Source: Alistipes sp.
GTDB taxonomy: Bacteria > Bacteroidota > Bacteroidia > Bacteroidales > Rikenellaceae
Length of the DNA: 64,000 nt
Reading direction: 5' to 3'
Assembly: GCA_045653565.1 (NCBI GenBank)
Contig: JAZOMA010000012.1
Span: 2,553-66,552, forward strand
This document shows, one piece after another, positions 26,951 to 36,707 of this stretch. The notes beneath the pieces were generated by a model. The model worked only from the letters and a program-made list of their open reading frames with translations, was not told where the DNA came from and did no database searches. The position numbers and the translations under genes are program-made. Position 1 is the first letter of the stretch, and each line of letters opens with the position of its first letter.

Positions 26951-28321
26951 ATGAGTGTTTTAGCAGTATATAACGTTGAACACGCCTCGTCGTTGGTCTA
27001 CTATGGATTGCATTCGATGCAGCATCGTGGACAAGAGGGCTGCGGAATGGTTAGCGTGGCAGAAGATGGTCATATGTACCGTCAACGCGGTCACGGACTT
27101 GTGCAGGAGGTGTTCAACGAGAGTGTTCTCTCGAAGTTAGAGGGAAAGATGTGTCTTGGACACGTGTTGTACACTACGGCAAATGGTCGCAGCATCGATA
27201 ATATCGAGCCGTTGTCGTTCCTTCACAATACGGGCTCGTTCGCAGTTGCACACAATGGCAACATTGTGAATGCCAAGCAGATACGCGACTATTTGGAGTC
27301 GAAGGGAAGCCTCTTCCAGTCGAATACAAATGCCGAGTTGCTGGCACACCTCATCAAGAAGGAGGCAGACGAACCACGCATCTTTACGATTATGGAGGCG
27401 TTGGATTTGTTGGAGGGCTCATTTGCCTTTGTCATTATGACGCAGAACCGCCTCTATGCTTGTCGTGACAAGTATGGCATTCGCCCGTTGGCTATCGGTA
27501 AGTTGGGCGACGGCTATGTGGTGTCGAGCGAAACCTGCGCCTTCGATGTTATGGGAGCAGAGTTCGTGCGCGATGTTGCACCGGGTGAGATTGTGACAAT
27601 CGACCACAATGGCTTGCGTAGTCGCCAGTATTCGCTTACGAGCGAGCATAATATGTGCGCTATGGAGTATATCTACTTCGCACGCCCCGATAGCGATATC
27701 GACGGTTGCAACGTGCACGCCTTCCGAAAGGAGTCGGGACGTCGTTTGTGGCACGAGGCTCCAGCCGAGGCGGATATTGTGGTTGGAGTGCCCGATTCGT
27801 CGCTTTCGGCTGCTATGGGTTATGCCGAGGCGAGTGGAATACCTTACGAAATGGGACTTATCAAGAATAAGTATATCGGTCGCACCTTCATTCAGCCTTC
27901 GCAGGCGTTGCGCGAGAAGGGTGTAAAGATGAAGTTGTCGGCAATACGCTCCATTGTGGATGGCAAGCGTATAGCACTGATTGACGATTCGATAGTTCGC
28001 GGAACAACCTCGAAGCGCATTGTGACGATGTTGCGCGAGGCTGGTGCAAAGGAGGTACACGTGCGTATTGTCAGCCCTACGATGAAGTATCCGTGCTGCT
28101 ATGGCGTCGATACTACAACGCTGGACGAGCTGATTAGCGCAAAGCACTCTGTGGAGGAGACCTGCAAAATTATCGGTGCCGACACATTGGCATTTATGTC
28201 TGTCGAGGAGTGTCTGGCATCGTCGAATGGCAAGTGCTCGAAGATGTGCTTTGCCTGCTTCGATGGCAAGTACCCTACCCCAATGACACACGATATTTCG
28301 GAAATTAACAAGAAAAAATAG
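26951..28321 (+). CDS. purF: Amidophosphoribosyltransferase lacking the N-terminal catalytic Cys
   Basis: [37 protein letters not shown]-terminal Cys ligands. The N-terminus is MSVLAVY. Confidence 0.95.
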   Translation: MSVLAVYNVEHASSLVYYGLHSMQHRGQEGCGMVSVAEDGHMYRQRGHGLVQEVFNESVLSKLEGKMCLGHVLYTTANGRSIDNIEPLSFLHNTGSFAVAHNGNIVNAKQIRDYLESKGSLFQSNTNAELLAHLIKKEADEPRIFTIMEALDLLEGSFAFVIMTQNRLYACRDKYGIRPLAIGKLGDGYVVSSETCAFDVMGAEFVRDVAPGEIVTIDHNGLRSRQYSLTSEHNMCAMEYIYFARPDSDIDGCNVHAFRKESGRRLWHEAPAEADIVVGVPDSSLSAAMGYAEASGIPYEMGLIKNKYIGRTFIQPSQALREKGVKMKLSAIRSIVDGKRIALIDDSIVRGTTSKRIVTMLREAGAKEVHVRIVSPTMKYPCCYGVDTTTLDELISAKHSVEETCKIIGADTLAFMSVEECLASSNGKCSKMCFACFDGKYPTPMTHDISEINKKK

Positions 28322-28329
28322 ATACAATT

Positions 28330-29355
28330 ATGGCAGTAAATTACGAAAAAGCGGGCGTAAACCTCGAGGCTGGTTACGAGGTTGTTCGCCGAATCAAACA
28401 ACACGTAGCATCGACCAACCGCCTCGGTACAATGGGCAATATCGGTGCATTTGGTGGAATGTTCGACCTCGCAGCACTCAATATCAAAGAGCCTGTGCTG
28501 GTTAGCGGCACCGATGGTGTTGGTACAAAGTTGAAGTTGGCTTTCGCAATGGATAAGCACGATACTATCGGTATCGACGCTGTTGCGATGTGTGTGAACG
28601 ACGTGTTGGCACAGGGTGCCGAGCCGTTGTTCTTCCTCGACTATGTGGCACTCGGACACAACATTCCTGCAAAGGTCGAGGCTATTGTTGCAGGTGTTGC
28701 CGAGGGTTGCCGTCAGGCAGGTTGTGCTTTGATTGGTGGCGAGACTGCCGAGATGCCAGGTATGTATGAGGACGGCGAGTACGATATCGCAGGCTTCACT
28801 TGCGGTGTTGTCGAGAAGTCGCAACTCATCGATGGCTCGAAGGTTAAGGTTGGCGACGTTTTGATTGGTATCGCATCGAGCGGTGTTCACTCGAACGGTT
28901 TCTCGCTCGTGCGTAAGGTGTTGGCTGACAATAACTTGGACTTGAATGCGAAGTACGAGGAGTTGGGCGACCGCACTCTCGGTGAGGCGTTGCTCTGCCC
29001 TACCCGCATCTATGTTAAGCAGGTGTTGGAGGTTGTTCGCAACTGCGACGTTCACGGCATCTGCCACATCACAGGTGGTGGTTTCGACGAGAACATACCA
29101 CGTATCTTGCACGACGGCCAGGGCTTACACATCAACGAAGGCTCGTGGGAGATATTGGGCGTATTTAAGTTGCTCGAGAAGTATGGCCAGATTCCGCACC
29201 GTGAGATGTTTAACATCTTTAATATGGGCGTAGGTATGGTAATCGCACTCGACGAGAGCGAGGCTCAGAAGGCACTCGACATCTTGGCTGCTGCAGGCGA
29301 GAAGGCGTCGATTATCGGTTGCGTAACAGCAGAAGAGGGCGTTGTAATTGAATAG
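28330..29355 (+). CDS. purM: AIR synthetase
   Basis: [46 protein letters not shown]. Confidence 0.97.
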   Translation: MAVNYEKAGVNLEAGYEVVRRIKQHVASTNRLGTMGNIGAFGGMFDLAALNIKEPVLVSGTDGVGTKLKLAFAMDKHDTIGIDAVAMCVNDVLAQGAEPLFFLDYVALGHNIPAKVEAIVAGVAEGCRQAGCALIGGETAEMPGMYEDGEYDIAGFTCGVVEKSQLIDGSKVKVGDVLIGIASSGVHSNGFSLVRKVLADNNLDLNAKYEELGDRTLGEALLCPTRIYVKQVLEVVRNCDVHGICHITGGGFDENIPRILHDGQGLHINEGSWEILGVFKLLEKYGQIPHREMFNIFNMGVGMVIALDESEAQKALDILAAAGEKASIIGCVTAEEGVVIE

Positions 29356-29480
29356 AGAGTAGTGAGGAGTTAGTAGAGAGTAGTTGAACGCTAACGCTAC
29401 TAACGTCTCTAATAAAAAGCCAATGGCTAATGGCCAATGGCTAATAGCAAAGAGTAATAATATATAAGTATAGATATAAG

Positions 29481-31010
29481 ATGAGAGCATTAGTAAGTGT
29501 AAGCGACAAGACCGGCTTGGTTGAGTTTGTAAGCGGTTTGCAGTCGCTTGGTTGGGAGATTATCGCTACGGGCGGTACCCAGAGCCTTTTGGAGAAGAAT
29601 GGCGTAAAGACTATCGGTATCAGCGATGTAACAGGTTTCCCTGAGATTTGTGATGGTCGTGTTAAGACCTTGCACCCAAAAGTTCACGGCGGTTTGTTGG
29701 CTCGTCGCGATTTGGAGAGCCACTTGGAAGCGTTGCGTGAGAATGGTATCGAGTTTATCGATATGGTATGCGTAAACCTCTACCCTTTCCGTCAGACTAT
29801 CGCTAAGGAGGGCGTAGAGATGGCTGAGGCTATCGAGAATATCGACATCGGTGGTCCTTCTATGTTGCGTTCGGCAGCAAAGAACTATAAGGACGTAACC
29901 GTAGTTTGCGACCCTGCAGACTATGCGCAGATTCTTGACGAGATTAAGGCTGAGGGCAATACTAAGGTTGAGACTCGTTTGCAACTCTCGGCTAAGGCTT
30001 ATACCCATACCGCAGAGTACGATATGTGCATCGCAACCTATATGCGCAAGCAGGCTGGTTTGTCGGAGAAACTATTCTTGGAGTTCGACGAGCAACAGTC
30101 GTTGCGTTATGGCGAGAACCCTCACCAGTCGGCTAAGTTCTATCGTGACAACTCTACCACTCACTTCTCGTTGGCTTATGCCGAGCAGTTGAATGGTAAG
30201 GAGCTTTCGTACAACAACATTCAGGACGCAAATGCAGCGTTGAATATCGTTCGTGAGTTCGACGAGCCATTCTGCGTAGCACTGAAGCACATGAACCCTT
30301 GCGGTGCAGCAATCGGAAAGGATGCGTTGGAGGCTTGGACTCGCGCTTACGAGGCGGATACAAAGAGTATCTTTGGCGGTATCGTGGCTCTCAACCGTGA
30401 GGTTACCGCAGAGGTGGCACTCGGTATGAAGCCTATATTCTTGGAGATTGTTATGGCTCCATCGTTTACCCCTGAGGCACTCGAGATTCTCTCCGCGAAG
30501 AAGAACTTGCGTGTGTTGAAGGTCGATATGACTCGCACAAACGATGTTCAGAATCAGTATATTAGCGTTAATGGCGGATTGCTTGTTCAGCACCTCGACA
30601 CCACCACTAAGGAGGTTGTTGCAGATATGTGCGTAACCGAGGCGAAGCCTTCGGAGGATGTTTTGACCGACCTTAACTTCGGCTGGCGCATTGTTAAGCA
30701 CGTTAAGTCGAACGCTATTGCAGTGGTTAAGAATGGCGCAACTTTGGGCGTTGGTGCTGGTCAGATGAACCGTGTAGGCTCGGCTGAGATTGCTCTCAAA
30801 CAGGCACAGGCAGCGGGTCATACTGAGGGTCTTGTACTCGCTTCGGACGGCTTCCTTCCATTCGACGATACCGTTGCTTTCGCAGCAGAGTATGGCGTAA
30901 CTGCTATCGTTCAGCCAGGTGGCTCTGTTCGCGACGAGGATTCGATTAAGAAGGCTAACGAGTTGGGTATTACGATGCTCTTTACCGGAATGCGCCACTT
31001 CAAACATTAA
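29481..31010 (+). CDS. purH: Bifunctional AICAR transformylase/IMP cyclohydrolase
   Basis: ALVSVSDK, GRVKTLHP, IDIGGP, RYGENPHQ, KHMNPCG, RHFKH. Confidence 0.98.
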   Translation: MRALVSVSDKTGLVEFVSGLQSLGWEIIATGGTQSLLEKNGVKTIGISDVTGFPEICDGRVKTLHPKVHGGLLARRDLESHLEALRENGIEFIDMVCVNLYPFRQTIAKEGVEMAEAIENIDIGGPSMLRSAAKNYKDVTVVCDPADYAQILDEIKAEGNTKVETRLQLSAKAYTHTAEYDMCIATYMRKQAGLSEKLFLEFDEQQSLRYGENPHQSAKFYRDNSTTHFSLAYAEQLNGKELSYNNIQDANAALNIVREFDEPFCVALKHMNPCGAAIGKDALEAWTRAYEADTKSIFGGIVALNREVTAEVALGMKPIFLEIVMAPSFTPEALEILSAKKNLRVLKVDMTRTNDVQNQYISVNGGLLVQHLDTTTKEVVADMCVTEAKPSEDVLTDLNFGWRIVKHVKSNAIAVVKNGATLGVGAGQMNRVGSAEIALKQAQAAGHTEGLVLASDGFLPFDDTVAFAAEYGVTAIVQPGGSVRDEDSIKKANELGITMLFTGMRHFKH

Positions 31011-31059
31011 TAACAAAAAAGCCAATGGCCAATGGCTAATGGCTAATAGCTTAAGTAAT

Positions 31060-32307
31060 ATGAAAGTTTTAGTCGTTGGCTCGGGAGGTCGTGAGCACGC
31101 TATTGTTGATGCGTTGTTCCGTTCGCCGAGTGTAGATAAGATATACTGCGCACCCGGAAATGCGGGTATTGCTCGTCAGGCGGAGTGCGTAGCGATTAAG
31201 GAGACCGAGGTCGAAAGGTTGAAGGCGTTTGTTAAGGAAAACGCTATAGATTTGACCGTAGTAGGTCCTGAGGCTGCTTTGGCGGTGGGTATTGCCGATG
31301 AGTTCCGCAAGGATGGACTCAAAATATTCGGTCATACCAAGTCGGCTGCGCGTATCGAGACATCGAAGGAGTTTGCCAAAGAGTTGATGGCGAAGTACGA
31401 GATTCCGACTGCTGCCTATAAGGCGTTCGAAAACTACGACGAGGCTGTGGCTTATGTCGAGGCTCGTCCATTGCCAGCGGTGCTGAAATACGATGGTTTG
31501 GCAGCTGGTAAGGGCGTGGTTATTGCCGAAAGTATGGAGGAGGCTCGCGAGGCTTTGCGCGATATGCTTTTGGATGATAGATTCGGCAAGGGTCGCGTTG
31601 TTATAGAGGATTACCTCGAAGGTCCCGAGTTCTCGCTGATGTGCTTTGTGGAGGGCGAGAATGTCTACCCTATGCCTGTAGCGCAGGATCACAAGCGTGC
31701 TTTCGATGGCGATAAAGGTCCAAATACTGGCGGTATGGGAGCCTACACCTCGTTGCCATTTATCACCGAGGAGGATCTCGAGTTCGCTATGCAGCGAGTG
31801 ATGATTCCTACTGCTAAAGCAATGGTTGCAGAGGGTTGTGCGCTTTCGGGAGTTCTTTATGGCGGTTTGATGAAAACTGCTGATGGAGTGAAGGTTATCG
31901 AGTTTAATGCTCGCTTTGGTGACCCCGAAACTGAGGTCGTGTTGCCATTGATCGATAGCGATATTGCCAACGTATTCGAGGCTGTTGCAACGGGCGTAAA
32001 ACCGGCAGAAATCATCTGGAGCAAGGATGTTACCCTCGGTATTGTTCTTGCTTCGAAGGGCTATCCTGGTGACTACGCAAAGGGCTACGTTATTCGTGGT
32101 ACCGAGAGTGTTGACGGCACCGTATTCCATATGGGTACAGCAGTTAAAGATGGCGAGTTGGTAACCGCAGGAGGTCGTGTATTGTTCGTTGTGGCAAAGG
32201 GTGCTACCCTTGCAGACGCGCACCGCAAGGCTAACGAGGAGGTTTCGAAAATTGAGTGTGAGAACCTTTTCCACCGTACAGATATTGGACATAAAGCTTT
32301 TAAATAA
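31060..32307 (+). CDS. purD: Phosphoribosylamine-glycine ligase
   Basis: GSGGREHA, APGNAG, DGLAAGKGV, GPNTGGMG, EFNARFGDPE. Confidence 0.98.
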   Translation: MKVLVVGSGGREHAIVDALFRSPSVDKIYCAPGNAGIARQAECVAIKETEVERLKAFVKENAIDLTVVGPEAALAVGIADEFRKDGLKIFGHTKSAARIETSKEFAKELMAKYEIPTAAYKAFENYDEAVAYVEARPLPAVLKYDGLAAGKGVVIAESMEEAREALRDMLLDDRFGKGRVVIEDYLEGPEFSLMCFVEGENVYPMPVAQDHKRAFDGDKGPNTGGMGAYTSLPFITEEDLEFAMQRVMIPTAKAMVAEGCALSGVLYGGLMKTADGVKVIEFNARFGDPETEVVLPLIDSDIANVFEAVATGVKPAEIIWSKDVTLGIVLASKGYPGDYAKGYVIRGTESVDGTVFHMGTAVKDGELVTAGGRVLFVVAKGATLADAHRKANEEVSKIECENLFHRTDIGHKAFK

Positions 32308-32429
32308 AATCGTTCTGATAAGTTCTTTTTGCACCTTGCTTGCAGCGTAAATCCTCACATACGCCCAAGTATGCTGCGGTTTCCGCTACTGCGCAACGCA
32401 CAAAAATAATCTTATCATATTCGATTTTA
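32305..32429. mobile_element. ~125-bp palindromic element, copy 2
   Basis: TAAAATCG...CGATTTTA termini, starting at the purD stop codon. Confidence 0.7.
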
Positions 32430-32495
32430 GTACGCTGAAGAATAAAAACAAAAAAAGCTAATGGCCAATGGCTAATAGCTGATAGCTAAAAAGTT

Positions 32496-33353
32496 ATGGG
32501 AAATATAATTGACGGAAAACAACTCTCGTTGCGCTTGAAGGGCGAGATGGCAGAGGAGGTTAAGTCGTTGGCAGCGAAATATGGACGTGTACCATCGTTG
32601 GCGGTGATTCTCGTTGGCGAGAACCCTGCGAGTCAGTCGTATGTTCGTGGTAAGATTAAGGCTGCCGAGGAGGTGGGTATTCGCAGCGAACTCATCACTA
32701 TGCCTGCCGATACTACCGAGGAGGCTCTCTTGGCGGAGATTGACCGTTTGAATGCCGACGCTGTGATTGACGGTGTGCTGGTGCAGTTGCCGCTGCCGAA
32801 ACATATCGACGAGGAGCGCGTAATTGACGCTATTGCCCTCGAAAAAGATGTCGATGGCTTCCACCCTGCCAATGTTGCTAATTTGTGGCTCGGAAAGCCT
32901 TGCATTGTGCCTTGCACACCAAAGGGCATTATGCAGATGATTGCCGAGTGTGGCTTCTCTGTAGCGGGCAAAAAGGCTGTTGTAGTGGGTCGTAGCAACA
33001 TCGTAGGTAAACCTATCTCGAAGTTGTTGCTCGATGCAAATGCAACGGTTACTATTGCTCACTCGCGTACTGCCGACTTGGGCGCAGTGTGTCGCGAGGC
33101 AGATATCTTGGTGGCGGCTGTTGGTCGCAAACACCTTATTACCGCCGATATGATTAAGCCGGGTGCTATCGTTATCGACGTGGGTGTAAATCGTGATGCC
33201 GAGACGGGCAAGTTGTGTGGCGATGTTGATACCGCAGCAGCGCAGGAGGTGGCTTCATTCATCACTCCGGTACCCGGTGGCGTAGGCCCTATGACTATCA
33301 CAATGCTAATGAAAAATACTATCGAATGCTACCTAAACCGAATTATTAAATAA
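32496..33353 (+). CDS. folD: Methylene-THF dehydrogenase/cyclohydrolase
   Basis: [43 protein letters not shown]. Confidence 0.98.
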   Translation: MGNIIDGKQLSLRLKGEMAEEVKSLAAKYGRVPSLAVILVGENPASQSYVRGKIKAAEEVGIRSELITMPADTTEEALLAEIDRLNADAVIDGVLVQLPLPKHIDEERVIDAIALEKDVDGFHPANVANLWLGKPCIVPCTPKGIMQMIAECGFSVAGKKAVVVGRSNIVGKPISKLLLDANATVTIAHSRTADLGAVCREADILVAAVGRKHLITADMIKPGAIVIDVGVNRDAETGKLCGDVDTAAAQEVASFITPVPGGVGPMTITMLMKNTIECYLNRIIK

Positions 33354-33476
33354 AATCGTTCTGATTGGCTCTTTTTGCACGAATCGGCGGACGCTGAAAT
33401 GCCCACATAGGCTGACTATGCTCCGCTTTCATCGCCTTGCTTCGCACAAAAATAGCTCAACCATTTACGATTTTTG
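33351..33476. mobile_element. ~125-bp palindromic element, copy 3, bracketed by a 22-bp direct repeat
   Basis: Starts at the folD stop codon. CTAAACCGAATTATTAAATAAA occurs at 33333-33354 and 33492-33513. Confidence 0.72.
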
Positions 33477-33528
33477 TAATATGTGTTTGTGCTAAACCGA
33501 ATTATTAAATAAACTAACATAATATACT

Positions 33529-34827
33529 ATGATTGAAAGATATAGCAGAAAGATTATGCGTGATGTTTGGACCGAGCAGAACAAATTCAACGCATATCTC
33601 AAAGTTGAGATTCTCGCTTCGGAGGCTTGGAGCGAGTTGGGCGTAGTGCCAAAGGAGGATGTTCAGAAGTTGTGGGATAAGGCGTCGTTCTCGATTGATC
33701 GTATCAAGGAGATTGAGGAGCAGACTCGCCACGATATCGTAGCCTTCACTCGTGCCGTGAGCGAGACTCTCGGCGAGGAGCGTAAGTGGGTACACTACGG
33801 CTTGACCTCTACCGACGTTGTAGATACCGCAAACGGCTATCTGCTCCGTCAGGCAAACGAGATTTTGGAGAAGGATTTGGAGGCGTTCTTGGCGGTGCTG
33901 AAGCGTCGTGCTTTGGAGTTCCGCAACACCCCTTGCATTGGCCGTACTCACGGTATTCACGCCGACATCACCTGCTTCGGTCTGAAGTGGGCTTTATGGT
34001 ACGAGGAGATGAAGCGCAATATCGAGCGTTTCCGCGCAGCTGCTCGTGGCGTAGAGGTCGGAAAAATCAGCGGTGCTGTGGGCAACTTCGCCAACATTCC
34101 GCCTTCGATTCAGGACTATGTTTGCGAGAAGTTGGGCATCGACAGCGCAAACGTTTCGACTCAGGTTATTCAGCGTGACCGCCACGCCTATTATCTTGCT
34201 ACATTGGCAGTTATCGCATCGTCATTGGAACAGATGGCCCTCGAGGTGCGCAACTTGCAGCGTACCGAGGTACACGAGGTCGAAGAGGCTTTCGGTAAGG
34301 GTCAGAAGGGTTCGAGCGCAATGCCTCACAAACGTAACCCAATCTCGTCGGAGAATATTTGTGGCTGCGCTCGCGTGATGCGTGGTTATATGGCTACTGC
34401 GTGCGAGAATGTTGCTTTGTGGCACGAGCGCGATATTTCGCACTCGGCAACCGAGCGTATCATCTTGCCAGACGCTACCGAGTTGTTGGACTATATGCTC
34501 AATCGTTTTATGGGTATCTTGGACAACCTCGTAGTGTTCGAGGATGTGATGATGGAGAATATCTATCGCACTCGCAAGGTTATCTTCGCACAGCGCGTTA
34601 TGAACGCCCTGATTGACAAGGGCTTGTCGCGCGAGGAGGCATACGATACCGTACAGCCTGTGGCTATGCGTGCAATGGCTGAGCGTGCTGACTATCAGGA
34701 ACTTTTGGCAGAGAACGAGAAGGTGATGTCGAAACTCTCGCGTGAGGAGTTGGACTCGTGCTTCACATTGGAGTACTACCTCAAGAATGTGGACTACATC
34801 TTCCGTCGCGCAGGCATTATCGAGTAA
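33529..34827 (+). CDS. purB: Adenylosuccinate lyase (Bacillus-type length)
   Basis: [44 protein letters not shown]. Confidence 0.97.
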   Translation: MIERYSRKIMRDVWTEQNKFNAYLKVEILASEAWSELGVVPKEDVQKLWDKASFSIDRIKEIEEQTRHDIVAFTRAVSETLGEERKWVHYGLTSTDVVDTANGYLLRQANEILEKDLEAFLAVLKRRALEFRNTPCIGRTHGIHADITCFGLKWALWYEEMKRNIERFRAAARGVEVGKISGAVGNFANIPPSIQDYVCEKLGIDSANVSTQVIQRDRHAYYLATLAVIASSLEQMALEVRNLQRTEVHEVEEAFGKGQKGSSAMPHKRNPISSENICGCARVMRGYMATACENVALWHERDISHSATERIILPDATELLDYMLNRFMGILDNLVVFEDVMMENIYRTRKVIFAQRVMNALIDKGLSREEAYDTVQPVAMRAMAERADYQELLAENEKVMSKLSREELDSCFTLEYYLKNVDYIFRRAGIIE

Positions 34828-34847
34828 TTTTCGGAAAATATTTATTG

Positions 34848-34877
34848 AGAGCGGAGAGTTTTTCTCCGCTCTTTTTT
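34848..34877 (+). terminator. Terminator of the pur operon
   Basis: AGAGCGGAGA/TCTCCGCTCT followed by a T-run. Confidence 0.85.
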
Positions 34878-34941
34878 GTGTTATTTTGTAAAAACAAAAT
34901 AAATCGCTAAATTTGTGAGAATTATATAGCGCAACAAAATA

Positions 34942-36633
34942 ATGAAAAGGTTTCTTGTTTATGTTTTTGCTTTGATATTGCCGTTTACGTCAATGGCGCA
35001 GACAGAATATGGACAGAGTCAGAATGGTGGTGATGGTGGCAATGTCCAGCCTTCGCGTCCGCAGTATGTTGTATTTCAGATATATCCTGCAGATGCCTCT
35101 TTGATTGTGGAAGGCAAGAGCTGCCCCCTTGATAACGAGGGTATTGCTATGCTGTTGCTTAATAACGGCACTTACAACTATACCATTTCGGCAAAGGATC
35201 ATCGCGACGAAACAGGCAATTTTGTTGTGAGTGTTGCAAAGATAGAGAAGGTTGTTAAGTTGCGTCCAGCCTACGGCTTTCTGAGCGTCTCGGGCGACGG
35301 CATATTGTCGGGCGCAAGCGTCTATGTCGATGACGTGTTACTCGGAAAAGCACCTGTCAAGAGTGGTAAACTCGCGAGTGGCATCCACAAAGTGCGTATC
35401 GTGCAGCCGCTCTACAAGATCTATAATGGTGCAGTGATTATCAAAGACGAAGAGACTCTCGATTATGCCCCATCGCTCGTTGCTGACTACGCTACAGTGT
35501 CGATTACTGTCAATAGCGACTGCGATATCTATGTCAATAACCGACGTGTCGGCAAGCACACTTGGCGTGGTAACTTGGCTACGGGAAACTATCTATTCGA
35601 GGCTCGCAAGGCGGGGCATCGATCTACCTCAATATCGACAACTATTGCAGCGATTCCATCGCAACAGAGTTATACTATTCCTGCGCCGATTGCCATTAAG
35701 GGTACGCTGAATGTAGTGAGTACTCCTGCAATGGCAGATGTGTGTATTGATGGCAAGGTTGTGGGTCGTACCCCACTTATAACCGACCTGATTATCGGCA
35801 CGCACGAGATAATTCTCCGCAAGGGCGAACTTGCAACCAAGAGACAGAGCGTAACTATCGCCGAGGGCAAAACCACAGAGTTGAATTTGACACTGACACA
35901 GATACCTACCGAGCAGGAACCTCCAAAGCCAAAACACCAGACTTACATCGAAACCGAGAGAGGCTTAAATATGAAGATGGTCTATGTAGAGGGCGGCACG
36001 TTCCAGATGGGTGCAACCTCGGAACAGGGCAACGATGCGTATGATTACGAAAAGCCTGTTCATACGGTAACGCTCGATTCGTACTATATTGCCGAGTGCG
36101 AGGTAACTCAAGAGCAATGGCAAAAGATAATGGGCGGTCACTTTACAGGTGCCTATTATTATCCTGTTAGAAACGTTAGCTGGGAGAAAGCCACATTATT
36201 CTGTAAAAAGTTGAGTGAGCTCACTGGCAAACGCTATGTATTGCCAACCGAGGCGCAATGGGAGTACGCGGCTCGTGGAGGCAAATATAGCAAGGGTTAT
36301 AAGTATAACGGTAGCAATACGATAGACAATGTTGCTTGGTATTGGGACAACAGCAGAAACACACCCCACGGAGTCAAGCAGAAGCATCCAAACGAACTCG
36401 GACTCTACGATATGAGTGGCAACGTTTGTGAATGGTGTAGCGACTGGTATAGGTATGGGTACCCTTCGAATAGTCAGACCAATCCTACCGGACCATCGTC
36501 TGGAAGCGAACGCGTCTTACGCGGTGGTGGTTATGGTGGCGATGCGAGGGACTGTCGTGTGTCTGCTCGTTTCTACGGCATTCCGTCGCACGGCTATGAC
36601 GACCACGGATTCCGTGTTTGTATGCTCCCTTAG
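34942..36633 (+). CDS. PEGA-repeat protein with a C-terminal FGE-sulfatase (SUMF1-like) domain
   Basis: Signal peptide, PEGA repeats (STPAMADVCIDGKVVGRTP), GGTFQMG, LPTEAQWEYAARGG, NELGLYDMSGNVCEW, RVLRGG, GFRV. Confidence 0.9.
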   Translation: MKRFLVYVFALILPFTSMAQTEYGQSQNGGDGGNVQPSRPQYVVFQIYPADASLIVEGKSCPLDNEGIAMLLLNNGTYNYTISAKDHRDETGNFVVSVAKIEKVVKLRPAYGFLSVSGDGILSGASVYVDDVLLGKAPVKSGKLASGIHKVRIVQPLYKIYNGAVIIKDEETLDYAPSLVADYATVSITVNSDCDIYVNNRRVGKHTWRGNLATGNYLFEARKAGHRSTSISTTIAAIPSQQSYTIPAPIAIKGTLNVVSTPAMADVCIDGKVVGRTPLITDLIIGTHEIILRKGELATKRQSVTIAEGKTTELNLTLTQIPTEQEPPKPKHQTYIETERGLNMKMVYVEGGTFQMGATSEQGNDAYDYEKPVHTVTLDSYYIAECEVTQEQWQKIMGGHFTGAYYYPVRNVSWEKATLFCKKLSELTGKRYVLPTEAQWEYAARGGKYSKGYKYNGSNTIDNVAWYWDNSRNTPHGVKQKHPNELGLYDMSGNVCEWCSDWYRYGYPSNSQTNPTGPSSGSERVLRGGGYGGDARDCRVSARFYGIPSHGYDDHGFRVCMLP

Positions 36634-36707
36634 TTTAAAACTGAAAGCGGAAAACGCAAAGACAACAATTAAACAACATAAAAACAACTAAACCAAAACA
36701 AACAGTT

